64,000 nt of DNA from a virus. Taxonomy: Duplodnaviria > Heunggongvirae > Uroviricota > Caudoviricetes. The notes beneath the pieces were generated by a model. The model was not told the origin of the DNA and searched no databases. It was given only the letters and a program-made list of their open reading frames with translations. The translations under genes were made by a program, and so were the position numbers. Where the stretch lies: positions 224,001 to 288,000 of IMG/VR virus record IMGVR_UViG_3300025015_000009. One strand, 5' to 3'. Of the stretch, positions 1-10,232 are shown in pieces; within the stretch, counting starts at the first letter, position 1, and each line of letters begins with the position of its first letter.

Positions 1-930
1 AATACATTGGCCTGGGGAGGGACTGCTAATGCATACACTACAACCCCAGCAAACGCAGCAGTGTCTTACGGAGTGGGCACTTCTCGGTATGGCCTTGGCG
101 CCAGCGTTACTGGGATACCTGGGGTTATTGCTACTAATACTGTTACAGCAGCCCAATGGGCCGGTCTTATTGCGACCGTAAATAACACAAGATCGTACCA
201 GACTAATGGGTATACTCCTATATCAACAGTGGTTGCTGGGAATACAATATCAATACTATCTAACCTGTCAACCGAATTAACAAACGCAATGACAAACGCC
301 GGAACGTGTGCGTTAGCATTAACAGACAGCGCCCCGACTAACTTGGTATTTTCGACTGCTTGGGGCGGAGCTGGGAACCGTCGGTTAACATTCACACAAA
401 GCGTTTCCTTTGCCAGTGCAGATGCCGCTAGGTACTTTTTTAATGCAGGCGGAAAGATTAAGATTTCTTTTTCACGGGCAGGCGGATCTGCAACAACACG
501 TAACACAAATTGGACAGCACTTGCTACTGCCGCTGGGACAATAGAAATAGGATACCTAAACACAACAAAGGCAGGCGGGTCAGGAACACCAACTGCACTC
601 CGCAATGCAAGCAACGGAGGGTACTGGAATATGACATTATCAGATGTGACCCATTTCCAACAATATGCTGCAACAGCACCATACACAATCGACTATATCG
701 TAGTTAATGCAAAATGGAGTGGAACAACAGCAAATAGTGGGTATCCGACGTTAACTTTTACTGTGTATTGGGAAAACGATTACGTTAACGCCTTTCAAGA
801 AACAGTCGACGGCACAGCAACGACCTCATTTGTTATTAGCTCGCCACCAACTGCTCACGCAAACACATATTTAGGATCCGCCACCTGGGGCGCGGTTTCG
901 TTACCAACCGGTACAGTTACAAATAACTAA
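1..930 (+). CDS. Virion structural / tail-fibre-like protein (5' partial)
   Basis: Frame is open from base 1. Thr/Ala/Gly/Asn-rich, with FASADAARYFFNAGGKI motif typical of large-phage tail/baseplate-associated proteins. Followed by a terminator. Confidence 0.65.
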   Translation, partial: NTLAWGGTANAYTTTPANAAVSYGVGTSRYGLGASVTGIPGVIATNTVTAAQWAGLIATVNNTRSYQTNGYTPISTVVAGNTISILSNLSTELTNAMTNAGTCALALTDSAPTNLVFSTAWGGAGNRRLTFTQSVSFASADAARYFFNAGGKIKISFSRAGGSATTRNTNWTALATAAGTIEIGYLNTTKAGGSGTPTALRNASNGGYWNMTLSDVTHFQQYAATAPYTIDYIVVNAKWSGTTANSGYPTLTFTVYWENDYVNAFQETVDGTATTSFVISSPPTAHANTYLGSATWGAVSLPTGTVTNN

Positions 931-950
931 TACTCAGTAAAATAAGAACT

Positions 951-978
951 AAAAGGGTACTAGGTGCCCTTTTATTTT
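951..978 (+). terminator. Intrinsic terminator
   Basis: AAAAGGGTAC-TAG-GTGCCCTTTT hairpin plus T-run. Confidence 0.8.
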
Positions 979-1024
979 GACCTGAATAATAGTAGTTAAA
1001 TATGTAATAGTCAAGGAGCGTCGC

Positions 1025-1354
1025 ATGAACACATTAGACTTGCAAGAAGTAGCAAAGCAACGATTTGATTTTAACTCGTTTAAACAAACGGTAAAAGAAA
1101 AAATTCAGACTCAACTCACAGTTGTTCACAATAACGGGCTCTTCAAAGCAACGCCAGAGTTAATTTCATTGGTTACCGTGTTACAGCAAAGACCGCACGG
1201 TGAGTTTATATACTTAGAAGATGCATACGGAAACCCAGTTGAAGCAAATGCTGATGAGCTACTTACACGACTAGTTGATGCTCATCAGTTTGCACACAAC
1301 AACTGGTTTATTGAGTTTGAGCATAATAAGAAAATAAGAAAGATAGATGTCTAA
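1025..1354 (+). CDS. Hypothetical protein (possible tail assembly chaperone)
   Basis: AAGGAG RBS and TAAATA late-promoter-like motif upstream. Position after a structural gene. Confidence 0.6.
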   Translation: MNTLDLQEVAKQRFDFNSFKQTVKEKIQTQLTVVHNNGLFKATPELISLVTVLQQRPHGEFIYLEDAYGNPVEANADELLTRLVDAHQFAHNNWFIEFEHNKKIRKIDV

Positions 1355-2159
1355 AGGAATTGTTATTTTTGCGTTCGACTCGTCGATGCAACCGTACACT
1401 AAGATTGCTGCCGTTGCTGCACAGTTAGCAAAGATAGCGTTGGGGTTACCGGTTACGTTGATTACAAACATAGAAAATGTTGCAAACTCAGCGGTATTTG
1501 ATTGTGTTCTTGTCCTAGATGATGTCAAAGGGCAATCTCGGCTAATAACCCAGGATAACTCCTTTTCTAAGTTAGAGTGGAAAAATCAGAACCGAGTCGA
1601 CGCATACTCGTTGTCGCCGTACGAGCAAACATTGTTAATAGATGCTGATTATTTTATCTTTAGCCAACACTTATTAACAATGTTCGACAGCAACTTAGAT
1701 TTTGCAGTATACACTGATGCCGTTGATATTACCGGAATGAGTCAGATAACTAGTATACGGTTAAACAATATATCGATTCCGATGTCCTGGGCAACAGTTG
1801 TGTATTTTAGAAAATCTAAGGTAGCTAGTGCAGTGTTTGATATGATGGAAACGGTCCGCGACCAGTACCACTACTATGCTGCAATGTACGGGTTTAACGA
1901 ATCGCAATACCGCAACGATTATGCGTTGAGTATTGCCCTCCATGCGTTACACGGGTATAGTCCGAAGATAAACAGTATTCCTGGGAAATTACAAACAGTA
2001 ACACATAGCAATATTTGGGTAATCGAGGATAGTGTTATGTTCCTAACGTCAGGTGGGGTATCTAGAACATCGAATGTAGATTTGCACATAATGAATAAGT
2101 TTTTGTTTCACGACAACAAATTTTTAGATGAGGTTATAACTCTTGCAAAAAGAAAATAA
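1347..2159 (+). CDS. GT-A fold glycosyltransferase-like protein
   Basis: KGIVIFAF N-terminal strand, LSPYEQTLLIDADY (DxD), RNDYALS. Confidence 0.7.
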   Translation: MSKGIVIFAFDSSMQPYTKIAAVAAQLAKIALGLPVTLITNIENVANSAVFDCVLVLDDVKGQSRLITQDNSFSKLEWKNQNRVDAYSLSPYEQTLLIDADYFIFSQHLLTMFDSNLDFAVYTDAVDITGMSQITSIRLNNISIPMSWATVVYFRKSKVASAVFDMMETVRDQYHYYAAMYGFNESQYRNDYALSIALHALHGYSPKINSIPGKLQTVTHSNIWVIEDSVMFLTSGGVSRTSNVDLHIMNKFLFHDNKFLDEVITLAKRK

Positions 2160-2994
2160 AGGGTACTTGACTATTGCACAGAATACGAAAGACGTTGATT
2201 ACCTGCGACTTGCGTACTTGCAAGCAATGAGTATTAAAGCAACACAGAAGATAAACACGTTCGGCGTTATTGTCGACGCTGAAACAAAAAAAGAGCTTAC
2301 TGCTAATAATCAGAAAGTGTTTGATTACGTGATCGATCTTGAGATCGACGATTCGAAAGACGATGATTGGAAATTCCGTAACGAGTGGAAGGTGTGGTGG
2401 CTAACCCCGTTCAAGGAAACAATTAAAGTTGAGTCTGACATACTGTTTAATCGAAATATTGACCATTGGTGGTCGGGGCTACAACAAAAAGATGTTTGTG
2501 TGACGTCACGCATAGTAGACTATGAGGGAGTGGAGTCGAAATGCACTGCCTATCGAAAACTGTTCGTCGACAATAACCTACCGATGCTGTACAGTGGATT
2601 TACGTACTTCCGATATTCGACTGTCAGCCAACGTTTCTTTGTTTATGTTCGCTTATTAACAGAGAATTGGGAATATGTTAAGAATAACATTCTTGTTAGA
2701 TGCGTTGATACATATCCAACTACAGACGTATTATATGCGTTAGCCGCAGTGTTTATTGGAGTAGAAAAGTGTACCAACCCAGCATTGGAGTTTCCGACCT
2801 TTGTGCATCTTAAAGGCGCAGTTAATCGGTTAAGTGCTGACTCAGACTGGACTGAATATTATTACAGTCAGATTAACAACAGCTTAGATGTTACAGTTGG
2901 GTTTACTCGGCAGATGTACCCACTGCATTACTATGTTAAAACATTTGCAACCGAAGGAGTTATACAAAAATATGAACGACACCTTACTAAGTAG
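2143..2994 (+). CDS. GT-A fold glycosyltransferase-like protein (paralogue of upstream gene)
   Basis: KGYLTIAQN, LTPFKETIKVESDIL (ExD), TTDVLYAL, FVHLK. TTG start with GAGG RBS. Confidence 0.65.
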   Translation: MQKENKGYLTIAQNTKDVDYLRLAYLQAMSIKATQKINTFGVIVDAETKKELTANNQKVFDYVIDLEIDDSKDDDWKFRNEWKVWWLTPFKETIKVESDILFNRNIDHWWSGLQQKDVCVTSRIVDYEGVESKCTAYRKLFVDNNLPMLYSGFTYFRYSTVSQRFFVYVRLLTENWEYVKNNILVRCVDTYPTTDVLYALAAVFIGVEKCTNPALEFPTFVHLKGAVNRLSADSDWTEYYYSQINNSLDVTVGFTRQMYPLHYYVKTFATEGVIQKYERHLTK

Positions 2995-3337
2995 TCTGAC
3001 TTTGTTGCCTGAGCCAGTTGTGAACTACTACGAATATAGAGTAATATACGATCCATCGACAGCAGAGTGTATCAGAAAAGATGTTGTGTTACCAACTGAC
3101 GTGACCGACGATCGATATGTTGTTGTAACAGAAGATGTGTATCGCTCAATCGAGTTTTGCACCAAGTTCGTTGTTAAAGACAATCAACTTCAACGGAAAA
3201 GAGTTGACTTTGCAAACACAAAGAAGTTAATATTAACGAATACACAGACTAACTTGTGTTCAATAAAAGATGACAACGTGTTTGTTAGTACAGAAGACAC
3301 GAGTAACGTTGATTATTGGACCCCGCGAAGTAGCTAA
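2972..3337 (+). CDS. Hypothetical protein
   Basis: ATG at 2972 overlapping upstream gene end; operon context. Confidence 0.6.
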   Translation: MNDTLLSSLTLLPEPVVNYYEYRVIYDPSTAECIRKDVVLPTDVTDDRYVVVTEDVYRSIEFCTKFVVKDNQLQRKRVDFANTKKLILTNTQTNLCSIKDDNVFVSTEDTSNVDYWTPRSS

Positions 3338-3345
3338 GGATAATT

Positions 3346-4272
3346 ATGAAACAAATTACGGATCTAGCCGACCTATCTGCAATATTTTTAACGTATGATG
3401 AACCAAAGAAAGAAGAATTTTGGATTGAGATTCAAAACATCGTTCCCTGGGCAGTTCGGGTAGACGGAGTCAAAGGATCCGACAATGCCCACAAGGCGGC
3501 AGCCGCAGCAAGCGAAACTGAGTTCTTTGTGTTAGTCGACGGAGATAACTTGCCAGATCCAGAGTTCTTTAACTTGCAGCTCACATTAACTGATGAACAC
3601 AAAGGATGTGCATTCAGATGGAAGGCTAGGAATCATGTAAACGGGTTAATGTACGGCAATGGTGGGCTCAGTGTGTGGTCAAGAGAATTTGTCAACAACA
3701 TGCGAACTCATGAGAACTCAAATGGATCAACCGAAACGTGTGTCGAGTTTTGTTTTGATCCAAAATACATTCCGATGCACAACTGCTATTCAACAACATA
3801 CCCGAATGCTTCCCCATTCCAAGCGTGGCGCGCTGGCTTCCGCGAAGGTGTCAAGATGTGCTTAGATCGTGGTGCGAGACCCACGTTAACACAGTTTGAA
3901 GACAAGGTGCATAGTAGGAACTATGATCATTTGTGCATTTGGCAGAGTGTGGGCGCAGACGTAGAAAACGGTATTTGGGCAATTCTTGGGGCAAGGACCG
4001 GGACGCACATGACCATGTTAACTGATTGGGATTACCGAGAAGTGCAGGACTTTGACTGTTTGGCTAGAATCTGGGATACTGTGAAAGATGTAGACGCAGT
4101 AGAGTCTAGTTTGTTGTATGGTAATAAACTGCGTCAACGGTTGCGTATGCCTATAGTTGAATTAGATGCGACGCAGTCAGCGTTCTTCAAACATCATTAT
4201 GCTGCCGGCCACAAGAATTTAGAATTGATGACCACTGAGATGTCGGTTATTAGAAAAATAGAAGGTTGGTGA
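3346..4272 (+). CDS. GT-A/GT2-like glycosyltransferase
   Basis: IFLTYDE strand, AHKAAA helix, FVLVDGD (DxD), YGNGG, WRAGFRE. Confidence 0.65.
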   Translation: MKQITDLADLSAIFLTYDEPKKEEFWIEIQNIVPWAVRVDGVKGSDNAHKAAAAASETEFFVLVDGDNLPDPEFFNLQLTLTDEHKGCAFRWKARNHVNGLMYGNGGLSVWSREFVNNMRTHENSNGSTETCVEFCFDPKYIPMHNCYSTTYPNASPFQAWRAGFREGVKMCLDRGARPTLTQFEDKVHSRNYDHLCIWQSVGADVENGIWAILGARTGTHMTMLTDWDYREVQDFDCLARIWDTVKDVDAVESSLLYGNKLRQRLRMPIVELDATQSAFFKHHYAAGHKNLELMTTEMSVIRKIEGW

Positions 4273-4273
4273 G

Positions 4274-5671
4274 ATGAGTAATCAAGATAATATCGACGCC
4301 GCCAAACAAAAGATGGTAGAGCTAAATGCGGTATCTCCTACGATGTGCCTTGCAAAGTGGTTGCAGTCAACAACAACACTATACAATGGGATGACGCATT
4401 CTTGTCATCATCCCTCTCAGCACAAGATTAATATAGACAACCTTACACGTAATCCGGCAGGGCTACATAATACTCCTGAGAAGTTAATAGCAAGAGATGA
4501 CATGCTGAACGGGATACAGACTCAAGAATGCGATTATTGCTGGCGCATAGAAAATTTAACATATCAAGACACAATGAGTGACCGAACATACAAAAGTTCC
4601 TCACCCTGGGCGTGGCCACATCTCCAGGATGTATTGGATAGTGGTGTTGGTGCAGAGATAAATCCGACTTATTTTGAGGTTGCATTTGAGCATACATGTA
4701 ACTTTAAGTGTGTTTATTGTATACCCGAGGTGTCGTCCAGATGGTTAGAAGAAGTGAAGACGCACGGTGCATATCAATTGTCTAACAAAAAAGTTCATGA
4801 TCCTGAGTATATTCTGAATTCCAATAGGTTACCGATTCATTACAAAGAATACAATCCGTATATAGACGCATTCTGGGAATGGTGGCCGACTTTATACCCT
4901 AGCTTAGATACGTTTCGTATAACAGGTGGTGAACCATTGCTAAGTGACCATACGTGGAATGTACTGGATTATATTTTATTGCATCCAAGGAAAGAGTTGA
5001 CTCTTGCGATCAATACAAACATGGGAGTTCCACAGCATTTAGTGGCGAAGTTAATTGATTATTGCAACCGGTTATCACCGCACATCAAAGAAATACAAAT
5101 ATTCACAAGCGCAGAGGCAACAGGACCGCAGTGTGAGTATATTAGATACGGAATGGTATGGGATGAGTTTAAACAGAACTGCGATGATTTCTTAACTCGA
5201 ACAGATTCTAGGGTTAAACTAAGTTTTATGGTAACTGCGAATCTACTGGGTGCAACCACATTTACTAGTTTCTTAGAGTGGATACTGTTGTTGAGAGTTA
5301 AACATAACTTAACAAGTGCATTTAATCGTGTGCCAATAATGGTGGCTTACTTGCGTTGGCCAAACCATTTGGCGGTAACAAATTTACCAAACAACTTAAA
5401 AGAAATGTACTCAGTAGAATGGAAAGAGTACGTAGACCGGTACAACGTTGTTGGGAGCCCAGGCAGATTTTATTTAGAAGAAGTTGATCAGGTGACTCGC
5501 CTTATAAACTTTATGAACTCAACTGCTGGCACTGAAGAGCAAGCTGCGGATTTTTATAAGTTCCAATCCGAGTACGATAGACGAAGAGAAACAAACGTGT
5601 TAATTGAGTTTCCAGAATTAGGCGAGTATTACAATTACGGAAAATATCTTTCAGAAAGAACAGATGTCTAA
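4274..5671 (+). CDS. Radical SAM protein with N-terminal twitch/SPASM-like Cys domain
   Basis: CNFKCVYC, ITGGEP, INTN. N-terminal CLAKW..SCHH..ECDYCW. Confidence 0.9.
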   Translation: MSNQDNIDAAKQKMVELNAVSPTMCLAKWLQSTTTLYNGMTHSCHHPSQHKINIDNLTRNPAGLHNTPEKLIARDDMLNGIQTQECDYCWRIENLTYQDTMSDRTYKSSSPWAWPHLQDVLDSGVGAEINPTYFEVAFEHTCNFKCVYCIPEVSSRWLEEVKTHGAYQLSNKKVHDPEYILNSNRLPIHYKEYNPYIDAFWEWWPTLYPSLDTFRITGGEPLLSDHTWNVLDYILLHPRKELTLAINTNMGVPQHLVAKLIDYCNRLSPHIKEIQIFTSAEATGPQCEYIRYGMVWDEFKQNCDDFLTRTDSRVKLSFMVTANLLGATTFTSFLEWILLLRVKHNLTSAFNRVPIMVAYLRWPNHLAVTNLPNNLKEMYSVEWKEYVDRYNVVGSPGRFYLEEVDQVTRLINFMNSTAGTEEQAADFYKFQSEYDRRRETNVLIEFPELGEYYNYGKYLSERTDV

Positions 5672-6905
5672 ATTATCGTTAAACGAGTTGAACAAATCAA
5701 CATTGTGTGCTCAAATGTGGTTTGGTTGTGTTGTTAAAAGCAACGGTGGTGCTGGGATCTGTTGTGAAATTGGAGAAATGTTACCAGAAGAGTATAATGT
5801 GTTAACTAAAGAAGTTTGTGAGTTTGTTGAGAGTCCGGTGTTTATTACCGCTCGACAAGAGATGATATCGGGGAAAGAACCGCCGCAGTGCTGGCGGTGT
5901 TTTGATCGAGAGAAACACGGGACAAGCAGTCTACGACAAACACTAAACACGTTCTATATTTTAAACAATGGCTACTTCGACACGAACAAAATCGAAATAC
6001 AAAATGTAGAAATAGTGTTTGGAGATTTATGCCAACTGTCGTGTGTTATGTGCCATCCGCTCCGTTCGAGAAAAGTAATCGATTCTTTTAACCACATCGT
6101 AAAAACTGATTTCAGAGATACCTATAAACTCGATAATCACATGTTAGCAAACAACGTGCTGTGCGATACAAGCTGGACTGAAAACAAGGAAGTGTGGGAT
6201 AACATCCTCCCTCAATTACTAACCACTAAACGACTATTCTTAAACGGAGGCGAGCCACTCCTAGCAACCTATCACAACTACTTACTCGAATACTTAATTA
6301 ACAACAACGTAGCAAAAAACATCGAACTAATATATTCGACAAATTTGCTATTACTCAACGACACACATCTAAAACTGTGGAGTAATTTCAAAACAGTTAA
6401 CGTAGCAATATCTGTTGATGATTTGCATGAACGAAATAATTTTATTCGTTATCCAACTACTTGGGAGAAGTTGGAGGAGAAAATCAATCAAATCTATCAA
6501 TTGAAATTTGTGGAGAACACGCTACCAAATGTTAATTTTTCAATTTGGTGTGCAGTTAACATGTTGAGCTTTTTCTACCTGACAGAATTCCTCACCTATT
6601 TTCACAAAACATTTCCATTATTACCTATACAAGGACTTAGGGGAATTCAAACTCCTGTGTTCTTAAATCCAAATGTAATGCCGCTGTCGATTAGAACACC
6701 AGTTATCGATGAACTGTTGTTTTTTATCGAAACAAACAAATACAACATGCATCTTAAAAATGATCTCAACTTTTTTACAGGGGCTGATGAAAATATTTTG
6801 TATATGAAAGATGGCATACGATTCTTAGAAATGACAGCTGAGTATCGCAATATAAATATTCATACACGATTCGAGAAATCGTTTAACAGGATTTCAATGA
6901 TATGA
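5664..6905 (+). CDS. Radical SAM protein with N-terminal twitch/SPASM-like Cys domain
   Basis: CQLSCVMC, NGGEP, YSTN, ISVD. N-terminal CAQMW..ICCE..QCWRC. Confidence 0.9.
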   Translation: MSKLSLNELNKSTLCAQMWFGCVVKSNGGAGICCEIGEMLPEEYNVLTKEVCEFVESPVFITARQEMISGKEPPQCWRCFDREKHGTSSLRQTLNTFYILNNGYFDTNKIEIQNVEIVFGDLCQLSCVMCHPLRSRKVIDSFNHIVKTDFRDTYKLDNHMLANNVLCDTSWTENKEVWDNILPQLLTTKRLFLNGGEPLLATYHNYLLEYLINNNVAKNIELIYSTNLLLLNDTHLKLWSNFKTVNVAISVDDLHERNNFIRYPTTWEKLEEKINQIYQLKFVENTLPNVNFSIWCAVNMLSFFYLTEFLTYFHKTFPLLPIQGLRGIQTPVFLNPNVMPLSIRTPVIDELLFFIETNKYNMHLKNDLNFFTGADENILYMKDGIRFLEMTAEYRNINIHTRFEKSFNRISMI

Positions 6906-7589
6906 AAATAGCTGTACTGATTAGTGGTGAATATAGGACGTTTCCAGTTTGTAGGAAGACTATGACCTTCTTAGATGACCCAAATGTTGACGTGTATGTC
7001 AGCACTTGGGACAAGTCGATTATTCGCAACACACGTCTAAAAATACACAAAGAAGATGATATTACTGCTGACCAGATACGCAACGATTTGGGTCGTTCTG
7101 CGACTATCTTAGTTGAAAAGTCTGACTGTTGTGTAATACGCAATGACCAAAACCGACCTCTCTTACACTGTCGTGAAAAACGACACTTGTGTAGTTGGTG
7201 ACAAATATAATTCTAAGATGATACATCGATGGGTTAAAGGTCTGGAACTGATACAACAAAGCGGCGTAGAGTACGATTATGTTTTTGTAGTTAGACCAGA
7301 CTTATTTTTTGACCCAGGCCACCCAATCCCACCATTGGCTGAATTACTGAGCAACATTGATACGAACTGTTTGTATGCTGGTTGGAGTGATAACTGCAAT
7401 GAGACGAAGAGACTCAATGACGTGCATTTTATTGCTACGTTTGATAGTTTGAAGAAGATTATCAACGACGAAACAAGTACACTGTGGAATAACTCAGCAG
7501 AAGATGATTGGCATATTTGGTGGTACTCACATGTAACGAGCATCGGACTAAAAGTGTTACCTGTTAGCATAGGCTTGGGTCGTTTGTGA
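6902..7589 (+). pseudogene. Frameshifted nucleotide-diphospho-sugar transferase-like gene
   Basis: MKIAVLISGEYR..DVYVSTW (6902-7201) and YDYVFVVRPDL (7143-7589) read as two halves of one protein in different frames, with the shift near 7157-7165. Confidence 0.6.
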
Positions 7590-7609
7590 ACAAGCCTAAA
7601 GTTACTAAC

Positions 7610-8857
7610 TTAGTGAGAGCTGCCAGAATAATGTTTCCACAGTTCTGGCAGAGAGTCAGCTATACGTTCATTCCGAATACTGTCTAGATCTAATGTAACT
7701 TTTTTAAACGTTCTTATTTTGTTATAATCTATCTCTTGGTCGAGGATAGGAAATAGCTTTGTGAAAAACGGAACGGTGTATTTCTGTATTTCTAACAACT
7801 CGTCTGCTTTAATAAACATGTCACGAATTTCATTTTTAGCAGATTGTGGTAAGTTGCCTATGAAATAATAATCTGGGGAATGTACAACGTTAAACAAAAA
7901 CTTGTATGAGTCTTGTGAGTTTCCGATTGCTCCAACTTTTACTAAGTAACTAAATAGATTCACAATATACATTACATTTAATACTGATATCGACACATTA
8001 AATAGTAAGGTAATGTTGCCTTTATTTGATGCGCCCACTAACCGAGAAAGATTGCGTTCAACTGTTTCCCATTTTGTGCCAGATCGTATATATTCGGCCT
8101 GCTCCCCGATAGCATCTAAACTAACAGAAATTTCGACTCTTCCGAAGTTTGCCCAATGGTCATCGAGCAAATCGGTCTGTTTGTGGGTTAGCGTACTAAG
8201 ATTGGTGTTATAACGAATCTTAACATCGGTGCGGTTATGTTGCTTCAACAACTCGAGTACTTGGTAATGTTCTTCTGTTACCAAAGGTTCTCCTCCTGCA
8301 AAGTATATTTCTTTTACAGAATGGATATGAGCCGCACAATGCGACAGACGATCTACGTTGTCTTTCCCCCACGTTATTACATTGGGTGCAGATGATATGT
8401 TATTCAGCTTCGACCAATCAGAGTTCCATGCCGACGACGAATGGACACCGCAAGTTCGACACTTGTAATTACATACATTTGAGAATCTAAAATCCCAATA
8501 CTCTAAATTTACGTTAGGACATTCTCCGTCAATCTTAGTGCAAGCAATAGTAGTTCGGAGTTCGGTTAGCTGTTTGCTGTTACCCTTTAGAAAGTTAATT
8601 CTAAACGAGTCTAGTCCAGCTGCTTCGGTTGCATAACAACCGTTGCATAATACGTCCCCAGCACCCGATAGGTGATTAACTCGCAGCCTTTTCATAGTAG
8701 GAGAATTCCACAAGTCTTCTATAGAAGACTTGTTTATATTCCCTATTATTGACTCTGGGGTGTACATCAAACAGCACGGTCGAGCGCCCCCATCGGCATT
8801 AATGTGCAAGTGACACCAAAGTAGGGCACAGAATTTATTATTCAATGATGGTTCCAT
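7610..8857 (-). CDS. Radical SAM protein with N-terminal twitch/SPASM-like Cys domain
   Basis: CNYKCRTC, FAGGEP, YNTN, VSLD. N-terminal CALLW..PCC..IGN..LWNS..CNGC. TAAATA just upstream of ATG 8857. Confidence 0.9.
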   Translation of the reverse strand: MEPSLNNKFCALLWCHLHINADGGARPCCLMYTPESIIGNINKSSIEDLWNSPTMKRLRVNHLSGAGDVLCNGCYATEAAGLDSFRINFLKGNSKQLTELRTTIACTKIDGECPNVNLEYWDFRFSNVCNYKCRTCGVHSSSAWNSDWSKLNNISSAPNVITWGKDNVDRLSHCAAHIHSVKEIYFAGGEPLVTEEHYQVLELLKQHNRTDVKIRYNTNLSTLTHKQTDLLDDHWANFGRVEISVSLDAIGEQAEYIRSGTKWETVERNLSRLVGASNKGNITLLFNVSISVLNVMYIVNLFSYLVKVGAIGNSQDSYKFLFNVVHSPDYYFIGNLPQSAKNEIRDMFIKADELLEIQKYTVPFFTKLFPILDQEIDYNKIRTFKKVTLDLDSIRNERIADSLPELWKHYSGSSH

Positions 8858-8873
8858 TGTTGTATTTACTGTG

Positions 8874-10166
8874 TTACTTAGTAACCTCAAAATTATTGAT
8901 AATCATCGTTCCGTTTCCGTCGGTTACTTCAAGACCGAGCTCAATCGAAATTAATGCGTAATTTTGAGAAAGAATTCCTTTTGATACCAAGTAGTCAAAG
9001 ACTTGACGCAACGGTATCGATGCCTTTGTGGGGGCGACCACACTTTCGAACCAAACGCATTTCCATGTGTATGTGCCATCAGAACACGAGTTAACAGTAA
9101 CGTCATATGCATTGCCATTAATTGTTACCGTGTCAACTACCGTTGCTGACAACGGTTTGAATCTTTTTAGCACAATTCCTACTTCAGCTACATGCGGCCA
9201 AACATGCCTACCACACGATGCTGCCGTGTTGCATGGCCCGTTATCAATCCACATATCAATCAGAATGTCTGCACTGCCATACAATAACCCAGTGGTTTCT
9301 ACAGTAACATCGGTAGTAACAGTTAAACTCCCAACATCTGAGAACGCAATTGGTGTCATGTCTTTACCGCCTGGCGTGTAAAGAACTTCGGGATAAGACT
9401 TAATGCTTCCCCAATGCGGCCCATAGTTATAAGTAGGCCAATCCCACTCAACGTAAGCACTTATACCAGTCTGCACACCATTGGTCATAATCGCGCTGCC
9501 ACTGATGCACTGGTGAAATGCAGTGTCAGGTATATCACCTTTCCCCCAAGTATTATTCGATATCGAATAGTCACCAACAGGAAAATACGGCGAAGCATAA
9601 GCAATGGTGTTGCATGTAGTCACAGGTTCAGGTGTTGCTGCAGAACACATCACCACACCTTCATTAATCCAACCCCTCGCTACAACCTCCTGTATTGCAG
9701 CAAGACTGCTTGTTATGCGATGGTTACTATCAACGCCACGTGCAAATCCATTGTTGTATGCACGATAGATTGGGGTTGCCCCACTTGAACAACTACCATT
9801 AACAGATGGTGTTGAGTTAAACGAAATCCCTTCGTAGTTCCACCGTTTTTCTATGTGTGGAGTAGTAAGCAGTCTGAGGTAGTTGCATTCGCCTGCGTCA
9901 ACCGTATAAAAATGCGAATTGGGGCCTGGAGAGCGACTGCCATAGAAACGGCAAACTGGGGTAGTGCCGCCAGTTTCAAAGTTGTAGCCAGTGCGAACCC
10001 AGCCAGGCCCTGCGCCACCGTTGTCAATAGCGGCAGCTTCTGTAGTGTCTGCGGTGATGAAATAGTGGTCGAGTGTAGTGTGATAAAACTCAACTACAGT
10101 AGCCGCCTTAACTGAAGCTGAGAGTGCCAGCAATGCTATACAAAGATACGTGCGGATTTGGTTCAC
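8874..10166 (-). CDS. Secreted protein: signal peptide + DUF5648-like domain + GH12-like glycoside hydrolase
   Basis: GTG start with GAGGG RBS; signal LCIALLALSASVKA. VVEFYH..DHYFIT, SHFYT and YRAYNN..NHR repeats. NNTWG, SYPEV, IDMW, AEVGI and GLEV motifs of GH12. Confidence 0.7.
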   Translation of the reverse strand: MNQIRTYLCIALLALSASVKAATVVEFYHTTLDHYFITADTTEAAAIDNGGAGPGWVRTGYNFETGGTTPVCRFYGSRSPGPNSHFYTVDAGECNYLRLLTTPHIEKRWNYEGISFNSTPSVNGSCSSGATPIYRAYNNGFARGVDSNHRITSSLAAIQEVVARGWINEGVVMCSAATPEPVTTCNTIAYASPYFPVGDYSISNNTWGKGDIPDTAFHQCISGSAIMTNGVQTGISAYVEWDWPTYNYGPHWGSIKSYPEVLYTPGGKDMTPIAFSDVGSLTVTTDVTVETTGLLYGSADILIDMWIDNGPCNTAASCGRHVWPHVAEVGIVLKRFKPLSATVVDTVTINGNAYDVTVNSCSDGTYTWKCVWFESVVAPTKASIPLRQVFDYLVSKGILSQNYALISIELGLEVTDGNGTMIINNFEVTK

Positions 10167-10196
10167 TTTTCCCTCATTTAGTAACATAATAAATAC

Positions 10197-10224
10197 ATTA
10201 TACACTCTTTAACCAAAAAGTCAA
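10197..10224 (-). promoter_or_regulatory. sigma70-type early promoter (cassette copy)
   Basis: TTGACT-N16-TATAAT, identical to copies at 25036, 25925, 29757 and 33303. Confidence 0.85.
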
Positions 10225-10232
10225 CCAAAATA

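Noticed and set aside
6100-6400. Local C/A-rich compositional shift inside the second radical SAM gene
   Set aside because: Visible by eye only and not quantifiable here. The reading frame and motifs run through it normally.
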